Part shown: in pieces, positions 16,894-25,120 of the stretch
Position numbering within the stretch: the stretch's first letter is position 1
Layout: each line of letters opens with the position of its first letter
NCBI GenBank assembly: GCA_017548545.1
Contig: JAFYZW010000026.1
Location: 3,440-35,439, forward strand
Source: Bacteroidales bacterium
GTDB lineage: Bacteria; Bacteroidota; Bacteroidia; Bacteroidales; UBA3663
DNA length: 32,000 nt
Direction: 5' to 3'
Notes under the pieces: generated by a model
What the model was told of the DNA's origin: nothing
Database searches by the model: none
Seen by the model: only the letters and a program-made list of their open reading frames with translations
Position numbers and translations under genes: made by a program

Positions 16894-17505
16894 TTAGAGC
16901 ATCCTGAATTCATACCCCTGCTCCATCAGATATTCAATGGAGGCAGGAAGGGCCTCCTGAATATTTCGCCACGACTTTGGCTGGTCGTGGAAAGTGATGA
17001 TGGAACCATTGCGCACATACTTCTTCACATTGTTGATGACATCCTGCGCATTGAGGCGACTGGAATAATCGCGAGGCACCACATCCCACATGATGATACG
17101 GTATTTCTTTTGAAGCAACGATGCCTGACCAAAACGGAGCCATCCATGAGGCGGACGGAAGAGGTCGGACTGGATGAGCACGTTGGCCTTCTCTACATTG
17201 GCAAGGTAAGCTTTCGACTCGTAGGTAAGCGCCGAGATGTGATTCATCGTATGATTGCCAAGACGATGACCCGAGGCCTTGACCTGTTCGAAGACGGCAC
17301 GATAGCGTGCAACATTCTCACCGACACAGAAGAAGGTGGCTTTGATACCATATCGAGCAAGCACATCCAACACCCAAGGGGTTACCTGGGGTGTGGGACC
17401 GTCGTCGAATGTCAGATAGACGCATTTCGGCTGAGAAGGAATCCGCCAAAAGCTGTCTTGAAACATCAAACGACGAAACCATGTGGGTGGCTGCTCGATG
17501 AACAC
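16894..17505 (-). CDS. Polysaccharide deacetylase family protein (CE4 / NodB homology)
   Basis: YLTFDDGP motif, ATFFCVGENV, GNHTMNH, and a length typical of single-domain CE4 enzymes. Confidence 0.88.
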   Translation of the reverse strand: MFIEQPPTWFRRLMFQDSFWRIPSQPKCVYLTFDDGPTPQVTPWVLDVLARYGIKATFFCVGENVARYRAVFEQVKASGHRLGNHTMNHISALTYESKAYLANVEKANVLIQSDLFRPPHGWLRFGQASLLQKKYRIIMWDVVPRDYSSRLNAQDVINNVKKYVRNGSIITFHDQPKSWRNIQEALPASIEYLMEQGYEFRML

Positions 17506-17514
17506 GCTATAGGT

Positions 17515-20500
17515 TTACTTAAGCAACTTGTACTTGTCGTATGCCAAGTCAAAGTACTTGCGGAACTTGTCGGAGTATTCCTCATCGAACTGATGATCGC
17601 CGGCATCCTGAGCCATCTGGAGTGCATCGCGCATCGTAAGCAATTGCTCACGGATAGTTCGGCCCACGCCCTGAATCTCGGGCTTGTCAAGACGGAATAC
17701 CCACTGGAGATAATCCTCGTTCTGCGCCAGGATGTCACCAACGATACGACTTCCCTCCTCCATCTTGTCGCAGAGATAATAGGTCTGGGCAAGGGTGAGC
17801 GCAGTATAGTCGTAAGGCACGTTGCACGACGGGATGGTCTTGTCGCAGTACTCGGTAGCGGCAAGGGCACGAGCGGTATCGCCGTGCTCAAGAAGCTCGT
17901 CGATCATGGTGACGAACATCATACGCTGGGTGCGGCACATGCGGCGATTGTTCTCGTCGAGATAGATGTTAGGATCCTGGATGTTGCCCCAGACGAACTT
18001 GTTCATCATGTTGTCGTAGGTCTTGTCGATATCGCAGGAGCTGGTACCACCATGCTCAAGTGGAACAATCTGATAAGCCAAACCGACGAGACGGAAGTAG
18101 CGATTGAGCGAGAGATACATCTCCGAACCGACAGTGGTAGCGAAATAGATCGGACGTTTCCAACCATCGCGTGCAATGTTGTCAATCATTGACAGCACAG
18201 CTATCTCGTTCTTGGTGATGTAACGCTTGTTCGACAAGTCGATGTGCATGCGCTTGGAGATAAGACTCTTGTCGGGCGTGTCGATGACCGGTGAATTGGC
18301 CACAGCAGCCGAATCGACGTCGATGTACATCTTGGTTGCAGGAATGATAGGCACATCATCGTATTTGCGAAGCTTTTCCTTATAGAACTGGTCCATCACA
18401 GCTGCAAACGACGCCTCACGGCCATCGGTCTCATCGCTCACATAAGCATAATTGAGCTTGTCAGCCACATACTGTGCAGGTGTGAAAGAAATAGGGAGCG
18501 GATCAGACTCATATGCCTGCGACTTCATCTGGTTGACATACCAGTCGGTCTGCAGATAAGAAAGGTTGCAGACACGCACATCGGTGCGATAACCCTCAAC
18601 ATCCTGATTGTACCACAATGGGAAGGTATCGTTATCTCCATTGGTAAAGATGATGGCATTGGGTTCGAGAGAGGTGAGATAGTTCTTGCCGAAATCGCGA
18701 GCTGTGAAACGGCCCGAACGATCGTGGTCGTCCCAGTTCTGACCTACCATCTGGAAGGGTACACCGAGGCATAGCACACCGAGAACGGCCGAAATGACAG
18801 CGCTCTGCTTCTTGGTAAGATGTTCTACAATGGCAACCAGGCCAGCGACACCCATGCCCACCCAGATGGAGAAGGCATAGAACGAGCCCGCATAAGCGTA
18901 GTCTCGCTCACGTGGCTGATAAGGAGTCTGGTTGAGGTAAAGCACAATAGCCAAACCTGTCATGAAGAAGAGGAAGAAAACAACCCAGAAGCCCTGGATA
19001 CCCTTCTGTCCCGAGAATGCCTGCCAAAGCAGACCAATCAGACCAAGAAGGAGGGGAAGCATGTAATAGACATTGTGTCCCTTGTTATCCTTGATGGATG
19101 CAGGCATGTGGTCCTGATCGCCCACCAGAATCTCATCGATGAACTTGATACCAGTGATCCAATTGCCACGGTCAATCTCACCATAGCTCTGCACATCGCT
19201 CTGACGTCCGGAGAAGTTCCAAAGGAAGTAACGCCAGTACATGAAGTTGACCTGATAGCTCAGGAAGTACTGAATGTTCTCGGCGAAAGTAGGAACGGTG
19301 ATAGTCTTGCCATCGATACGCACCTTCTGTCCCTTGAAGTTGCTCCACTGCTTGTAACCATCTACATGATTACCCTGCTTGGAGTACATACGTGGGAAGA
19401 ACGTAGTGTAGTTGTATTCGTAAGTCTCCTTATGACCGCTGACAAAATACTTATCAGGATCGTCTGGATTGGTCTTGACCACCTTGGTGTAAATAGGCGA
19501 ACCCTCCTTGACAATCGGTGCGCCACTGGAATCGCGCTTCACTTCGCTGGCGAAAGTTTGGCCGAAGAAGAGTGGATTCTCACCATACTGCTCACGATTC
19601 AGGTACTTGGTGAACGAGAAGATCTCGTCGGGAGAGTTCTGGTCCATTGGAAGTTGGGCCGAAGAACGGATGATGATCTGTGCAAAGGTGGAGTAACCGA
19701 CGAGAATGGTGAGCAAACAAAGCAGTATATTGCTAGCCAGACGTGCGTTCAGTTTCTTCCAAGTAAAGATACCGACAACGAAGGCAATAGAAAGGACGAT
19801 ACCAAGCAGCCAACCATCACCTACGAATGGCATACCACAAAGAACGACACCCGCAGCAAGCAGGATGCGCAAGGTGCGATCGGAAGTTTCCTTTTTGTAA
19901 CTCTTCCATACGCCAAAGGCAAGAAGTGCAAGCACGAAGAAGAAATAGAACACAGTACCCGTATTGAACGGACAACCAAGGGTGTTGACTGCAAAGAGTT
20001 CGATCTGCCCAGCCAGTTTGATGAAGCCAGGAATCATGCCATAAAGGATGAAGGCAATAATGAAGACCGAAAGAATCAACGCACCGAGAGTTCCCTTGAG
20101 TTCGGCATTGGGCTTCTTCTTGAAGTAATAGACCAGTACAATAGCAGGGATGCAGAGGAGGTTCAAAAGGTGAACACCGATGGAAAGGCCGATGATATAG
20201 GCCAAAAGGATGATGTAGCGATCACCCTCGACACCTGCACTCCGGCTCTCCCACTTGAGAATCAACCAGAATACCAGAGCCGTCATGAATGACGAGAAGG
20301 CGTAGACCTCTGCTTCGACAGCCGAGAACCAGAAGGTATCGGACCATGTGTAAACCAAGGCTCCTACCATACCGGAGAGAAGGATGGTGATGGCCTGACT
20401 CCACGTCATGTCGTTGGCAGACTTGTTGTTGCGACATACGACCTTCTTGGTGAGGGCAGTGATCGTCCAGAAGAGGAAGAGGATAGCACCGGCCGAGAAG

Positions 20501-20757
20501 AGTGCAGACATACGGTTGACCCAAAGGCCAGCCTGTGCCATATCGCCACCTGCAAAGTTAACGAAGAAACGTCCAGTAAGATTGAAAAAAGTATTTCCAG
20601 GAGGGTGACCCACCTCGCCCTTAGCGGCACAGGTGATGAACTCCGGACAATCCCAGAAGGATGCAGTAGGCTCTACCGTGTTGAGGTAGGTGAATGCCGC
20701 CACCACAAAGACTATCCATCCAAGGATGTTGTTAAGCAACTTGTATTGCTTGATCAT
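17515..20757 (-). CDS. DUF2723-type (TMEM260-like, GT-C fold) polytopic membrane protein with a large C-terminal soluble domain
   Basis: The N-terminal loop SFWDCPEFI follows TM1. There are more than 10 predicted hydrophobic helices over about 650 aa, then a helical-repeat-like tail of about 400 aa. The stop lies 9 nt upstream of the CE4 start. Confidence 0.8.
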   Translation of the reverse strand: MIKQYKLLNNILGWIVFVVAAFTYLNTVEPTASFWDCPEFITCAAKGEVGHPPGNTFFNLTGRFFVNFAGGDMAQAGLWVNRMSALFSAGAILFLFWTITALTKKVVCRNNKSANDMTWSQAITILLSGMVGALVYTWSDTFWFSAVEAEVYAFSSFMTALVFWLILKWESRSAGVEGDRYIILLAYIIGLSIGVHLLNLLCIPAIVLVYYFKKKPNAELKGTLGALILSVFIIAFILYGMIPGFIKLAGQIELFAVNTLGCPFNTGTVFYFFFVLALLAFGVWKSYKKETSDRTLRILLAAGVVLCGMPFVGDGWLLGIVLSIAFVVGIFTWKKLNARLASNILLCLLTILVGYSTFAQIIIRSSAQLPMDQNSPDEIFSFTKYLNREQYGENPLFFGQTFASEVKRDSSGAPIVKEGSPIYTKVVKTNPDDPDKYFVSGHKETYEYNYTTFFPRMYSKQGNHVDGYKQWSNFKGQKVRIDGKTITVPTFAENIQYFLSYQVNFMYWRYFLWNFSGRQSDVQSYGEIDRGNWITGIKFIDEILVGDQDHMPASIKDNKGHNVYYMLPLLLGLIGLLWQAFSGQKGIQGFWVVFFLFFMTGLAIVLYLNQTPYQPRERDYAYAGSFYAFSIWVGMGVAGLVAIVEHLTKKQSAVISAVLGVLCLGVPFQMVGQNWDDHDRSGRFTARDFGKNYLTSLEPNAIIFTNGDNDTFPLWYNQDVEGYRTDVRVCNLSYLQTDWYVNQMKSQAYESDPLPISFTPAQYVADKLNYAYVSDETDGREASFAAVMDQFYKEKLRKYDDVPIIPATKMYIDVDSAAVANSPVIDTPDKSLISKRMHIDLSNKRYITKNEIAVLSMIDNIARDGWKRPIYFATTVGSEMYLSLNRYFRLVGLAYQIVPLEHGGTSSCDIDKTYDNMMNKFVWGNIQDPNIYLDENNRRMCRTQRMMFVTMIDELLEHGDTARALAATEYCDKTIPSCNVPYDYTALTLAQTYYLCDKMEEGSRIVGDILAQNEDYLQWVFRLDKPEIQGVGRTIREQLLTMRDALQMAQDAGDHQFDEEYSDKFRKYFDLAYDKYKLLK

Positions 20758-20796
20758 GATAGTTTATTGATTGGTTGTTATTATATAATTTGGGCG

Positions 20797-20828
20797 CAAA
20801 TTTACTAAAATATCCTCAAAATCCCAAA
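20797..20828 (-). promoter_or_regulatory. Bacteroidetes-type promoter for the DUF2723-CE4 operon
   Basis: On the minus strand: TTTG (20828-20825), a 20-nt spacer, then TAAATTTG (20804-20797). It lies about 39 nt upstream of the ATG at 20757. Confidence 0.5.
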
Positions 20829-20917
20829 TTTTGAACGCTGATATTATGATTTTTAAGCAATCAACGACCCAATTTTTACAATCTTACAGTTTCACTTAAC
20901 ATTTATCCAAGATATTT

Positions 20918-23900
20918 TTACTGCTCCAAAGTAATTGCCATCAATCCAATGACTACGTCATTAGAGAGTGTACACAAGGTGAAACTTTCGAGATGCCGCT
21001 CCGAATCGAGAGGCATTTTGAGGAGCTGAGCTGCGCCATTGGGAATACTCAAACCCTTGGCGATCGGTGTGTCGGCCTCGAAATCGGTGACGTGAATATT
21101 AACGGCACCATTGTCCTCACCGGCCTTCTGAAGATCTAATTTAAGATTTCGCGACACCTTACCACTCCCCAAATGCACACGATACGGATGCTGTTTCGTA
21201 CTCCAGAATGCATGGTCATCGTAATAATAGTCTTGCTCAATCGGACACCAGTTATAAGGATTTGTCAAATGCAATGTATCAGCGCTGCCATCCGAATAGT
21301 TTGCAACGGCAAGGCCGTTGTCGATGCGGCTTTGCATGTTGTTGGTACTTCCAGCGAGGAGAAGGTAAGCGTAAGAAAACTTTGTTCCCCTATCTTTGCT
21401 GCCCGATCCTGCATCGATGCGTTCCTTTTCGACAGGAATACTCATGCTGTTGGGGAAATTATCCCAAAGAGACGTGTAAATTACATTCAAGCCTTCCTTC
21501 GGCAAGCGGAAACGAAGACCAAGGCCAGTATCAAAGACATTGTCCGAAGAAATCACCTTGCGAAGACCGTCATCCTCAATTGTCGCAGTCATCAATGGCA
21601 CGCACCAATCGCCCATGCCTTGAGAGGGAATCTCAAGGGTGGTATAAGGTGAACGTGGCGACAAATATTGCTCACGATAAATATCATCGACAGAAGCATT
21701 GTAGTAATCGCTCAGCTGTAGATAAGCATGGCGGCTCATTGCATTTGGAGTAATATCATCCAAACCAAGTACCGTCTCATCGAGTGCAGGGCGATAAGCC
21801 TTGGCTGCGGGCTGATCGTGTGCAGGCACAGCGCTGGTGGGCACGACAATGCGCTGCACACGTTCATTATTGCCCTTCACCTCCAGGAACCTTCCATCGC
21901 CCAATGGCAAACGCAGGATGACCTGCAATGCCTGTGGGAAGCGCTGATCGATGTCGTAGATATCTTCACCGTTTTCACGATGGAACCGATAACTGAAATA
22001 GGGAGTCCTTACATTGGCATAGTTCCATTCCGGCGGGAATCCTGGTTGAAGGTAACAGTGACCGTAGAGCGCATCCGGACGAATGCCAAAAAGGCCCTGC
22101 ATGATAGCACGTGATGTGATGCCTACGTTGTCCCCGAAGTCACGATAAGCCTCCTTAAGTGCCTTGTCGTAAAAACTGATCTGACCGAAGTTGCCGGGAC
22201 AGGCACCAGCGCACATCTCGTCGAGCAAGTCGCTATAAAGCAGCCGATAGCCCATCTCGCGACGACCTGCAATAAAATATGCCAGAGCCATATTGGCCAC
22301 TTCCTCATGAGCCACATTGTTGGTGCTCCAAGCGTATGGCATCCAATCGGAAGTGCTGATAGTAAACAGTTCGGCCATAGGAAATGCATATTCAGCACTT
22401 GAGATATTCAAAGGGATATGTGGAATACAGGCATCTACCCACCTTGTCGCCTGATATGCCTGCTCAGGCGAACAAGCACCGCAATCGATGGGAGTATAGA
22501 TGCTCCAGATCGCTGGAATGGCATGAATTCGTTTCAGCCCCATGAAATCCTGAAATTCTGCCCAGTGTCCGTCAACCTGATTATTGGCTGGAAGCCATAA
22601 GCGTCGGTTCATGGCTTCGAGAATAGCCTCAGCTTCCTTGCGATAAGGGGTTGGATCCTCCCCTATCAACTCAGCGATGCGAGCGATAAGCAGATTGCCC
22701 CGATAATTATATGCCGACGCATGGGTCACAGCTCCACTATTGTAATATAGGGCATCGCTTGCCCAGATGCAACAATAACCATCGTAGAGATGGTCGCCAT
22801 CGGGATCCCAATTGCGTTTTTCCCAGTCAAGATGGAGTTTCAGCGTGGGCCAAAACTCGCGCATAAGTGCCGTGTCGGCATCATACTGGAAATGCCAGAG
22901 GAGTTCGTCGATATAATTTAAGTTCATGTCATAGTGGCTCATCTTGCGATCGTCATTGGGCAACTTACAGATGTAACCATTGCTATACATTGGAGTGCCC
23001 CATTTTTCGGCAGAGCGAGCCAGATTCTTGGTAGTATCCTGTGCCGGATGCGGATAGATGGGGTCAATGTCGCGAACCATGCTGCGGGCGTATGCACGAA
23101 AATGACTGAGTTGACGATCGAACCAACCGGTCACATCACCCACATAACCTCCACGCCAACCGGCAAGAGGTGTGCGCCAGCCAATACAACCATGTTGCCA
23201 AGTCAAGCCATCCCACAATCCGTCGGCGGCAGCCATCAGAGTTGGACCAAGGGTATTGATGAGAGGATCGGGCGTCTCAAAACTCAGTTGTCCGATCAAC
23301 TTCTCATGGTACGCGAGCTCCTCTTCCATTCGTTTGGCACCTTCCTGCACGTCGACCAATATGAGGTGGTCATTATCGACAAGACGCAGATAGGTTGTGC
23401 CCACGGCATCCCACACCAACTGTTGACGCAGCGAATCGGGACAAGGACTTAATGCCTCGAAATGCTCACGCGGATCGGTTCCCAGATCTCCATTGCGCTT
23501 CATCTTCAACTGAGCGATGGGCCGACGCAATGCAATTAGTTTCAAGGCCCTGCTTTTGCCCAAGACTCTCTTTGGGAATCCCTTTGCTTCGAACTTCCAA
23601 AGGGCATTGTTACCCTCATGTTCTGCGATTGCTGACACATGCAGTTCTCCTCCCTGCCAAGCCTCATCACGCACCACATACTCTCGCTGACCACCTTCGT
23701 AATATGCACGACAGTAGGAAGTGGAGTCGAGTGCATAAAGACGATCGCCCACCTGCAAGTGGAGCTGGATATTCCATGCTTTGCCTTTGTCGTAGGTCGC
23801 AAAAAGGGGACGGTCGCTGGTTTCGAGCCTCCAATTGGCGTGCGATCCATAAAGTGCTCGGGAATAACGGTTCCATCCATTCTCACAAACGAAGCCACGG

Positions 23901-23992
23901 CCTTCGGGACGATATTGCAGTTCACGTTGTCCTGCCGCCATGGCAGACATGGTAAGCATCAAAGATAGAATGTAAAATAGTGCGCGTTTCAT
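20918..23992 (-). CDS. Large secreted protein, putative glycoside hydrolase with an (alpha/alpha)6-like central domain; family not assignable by eye
   Basis: Signal peptide MKRALFYILSLMLTMSAMAAG. An uninterrupted 1024-aa ORF. The central Trp/Asp-rich region (WRGGYVGDVTGW, DGDHLYDGYCCIWASDALYY, WLPANNQVDGHWAEFQD) is reminiscent of six-hairpin glycosidases. Confidence 0.7.
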   Translation of the reverse strand: MKRALFYILSLMLTMSAMAAGQRELQYRPEGRGFVCENGWNRYSRALYGSHANWRLETSDRPLFATYDKGKAWNIQLHLQVGDRLYALDSTSYCRAYYEGGQREYVVRDEAWQGGELHVSAIAEHEGNNALWKFEAKGFPKRVLGKSRALKLIALRRPIAQLKMKRNGDLGTDPREHFEALSPCPDSLRQQLVWDAVGTTYLRLVDNDHLILVDVQEGAKRMEEELAYHEKLIGQLSFETPDPLINTLGPTLMAAADGLWDGLTWQHGCIGWRTPLAGWRGGYVGDVTGWFDRQLSHFRAYARSMVRDIDPIYPHPAQDTTKNLARSAEKWGTPMYSNGYICKLPNDDRKMSHYDMNLNYIDELLWHFQYDADTALMREFWPTLKLHLDWEKRNWDPDGDHLYDGYCCIWASDALYYNSGAVTHASAYNYRGNLLIARIAELIGEDPTPYRKEAEAILEAMNRRLWLPANNQVDGHWAEFQDFMGLKRIHAIPAIWSIYTPIDCGACSPEQAYQATRWVDACIPHIPLNISSAEYAFPMAELFTISTSDWMPYAWSTNNVAHEEVANMALAYFIAGRREMGYRLLYSDLLDEMCAGACPGNFGQISFYDKALKEAYRDFGDNVGITSRAIMQGLFGIRPDALYGHCYLQPGFPPEWNYANVRTPYFSYRFHRENGEDIYDIDQRFPQALQVILRLPLGDGRFLEVKGNNERVQRIVVPTSAVPAHDQPAAKAYRPALDETVLGLDDITPNAMSRHAYLQLSDYYNASVDDIYREQYLSPRSPYTTLEIPSQGMGDWCVPLMTATIEDDGLRKVISSDNVFDTGLGLRFRLPKEGLNVIYTSLWDNFPNSMSIPVEKERIDAGSGSKDRGTKFSYAYLLLAGSTNNMQSRIDNGLAVANYSDGSADTLHLTNPYNWCPIEQDYYYDDHAFWSTKQHPYRVHLGSGKVSRNLKLDLQKAGEDNGAVNIHVTDFEADTPIAKGLSIPNGAAQLLKMPLDSERHLESFTLCTLSNDVVIGLMAITLEQ

Positions 23993-23996
23993 GGGG

Positions 23997-24027
23997 CAAA
24001 GATAAAGAAAAATAAATGAAAAACAAA
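23997..24027 (-). promoter_or_regulatory. Bacteroidetes-type promoter for the 1024-aa secreted protein gene
   Basis: On the minus strand: TTTG (24027-24024), a 19-nt spacer, then TATCTTTG (24004-23997). The box ends 4 nt before the ATG at 23992. Confidence 0.55.
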
Positions 24028-24042
24028 ATTTAGCTTATATTT

Positions 24043-24074
24043 TTTGTACAATTGAAGAAAAAGCCTTATATTTG
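24043..24074 (+). promoter_or_regulatory. Bacteroidetes-type promoter for murI
   Basis: TTTG at 24043-24046, a 20-nt spacer, then TATATTTG at 24067-24074. The box ends 4 nt before the ATG at 24079. Confidence 0.55.
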
Positions 24075-24078
24075 CGGC

Positions 24079-25023
24079 ATGAATCAGAATCAATCAGGCC
24101 CAATAGGTATTTTTGACAGTGGCTTCGGCGGTCTTTCCATCTTCCGAGAAATACGCCACGTCCTCCCCGAGTATGATTACATCTACTTGGGTGACAATGC
24201 ACGTGCCCCTTACGGTGACCTACCTTACGATAAGGTTTATCACTTTACGCGTCAGGCTGTCTTTCGCATGTTCGATATGGGTTGCCCGCTCGTTATCCTC
24301 GCTTGCAATACCGCATCGGCTCGAGCTCTTCGCACTATCCAACGTAAGGATTTGCCTGTGAGCGAAGACCCTACACGTCGAGTGCTGGGAGTAATACGCC
24401 CAACCGTGGAACGGGTCGAACATCTCACCTATTCCCGACACATCGGACTTATCGGAACTATTGCGACAGTCTCTTCGCATTCTTATGACCTCGAGATTGC
24501 AAAGGATCCCGCGTACTTCTCCCAAGTGGAAGGTAATGCAACGGCAACAGAACCCACGGAGCCGTCGTTCTACGTGCATGAAAACTCGAAGATTGTGGCC
24601 AGTAACCCCAATCCCGTTATTCTTACCTCGCGAGCATGTCCCGACTGGGTACCCATGATCGAGGCTGGCAAGATGAAGGAGATGCACGGCATCGTAAAGA
24701 ATGACCTGGCGGAACTTTTGGATCAAGATCCCGAAATTGACACCATCATTCTCGGATGCACACATTACCCATTGATCACATCACTCATTCAAACAGTACT
24801 CCAGGAACTCGACCATCCTGAGATCATCCTGATGCCACAAGGCAAGCCTGTGGCATATAGTCTGAAGGATTATCTCGTAAGGCACCCCGAAATGAAGGCT
24901 CGTCTTTCCACCGAAGGTAGCGCCAAGTACTTTACATCGGGAGACACTGAAAGATTCGAGGAACTTGGTTCCCAACTCATCGGCAAGGGTGTAAAGATCC
25001 ATGCAGAAAAACTGATCTGGTAA
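24079..25023 (+). CDS. murI: Glutamate racemase
   Basis: FDSGFGGLS, GDNARAPYG, and the catalytic Cys motifs LACNTASA and LGCTHYPL. Start taken at the ATG at 24079 rather than the upstream TTG at 24052. Confidence 0.92.
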   Translation: MNQNQSGPIGIFDSGFGGLSIFREIRHVLPEYDYIYLGDNARAPYGDLPYDKVYHFTRQAVFRMFDMGCPLVILACNTASARALRTIQRKDLPVSEDPTRRVLGVIRPTVERVEHLTYSRHIGLIGTIATVSSHSYDLEIAKDPAYFSQVEGNATATEPTEPSFYVHENSKIVASNPNPVILTSRACPDWVPMIEAGKMKEMHGIVKNDLAELLDQDPEIDTIILGCTHYPLITSLIQTVLQELDHPEIILMPQGKPVAYSLKDYLVRHPEMKARLSTEGSAKYFTSGDTERFEELGSQLIGKGVKIHAEKLIW

Positions 25024-25039
25024 AGGAACGACATTAACG

Positions 25040-25076
25040 AAAAACGGCATGACCAGTCAATAGATGGTCATGCCGT
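25040..25076 (-). terminator. Intrinsic terminator of sufS (possibly bidirectional, between convergent murI and sufS)
   Basis: A perfect 12-bp stem, ACGGCATGACCA (25044-25055) with TGGTCATGCCGT (25065-25076), and a 9-nt loop. On the minus strand it is followed by TTTTTCG. Confidence 0.7.
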
Positions 25077-25120
25077 AGTTCGTATCAGCACCTCAACAAG
25101 GAGAGACCTGCCGAATCAAA

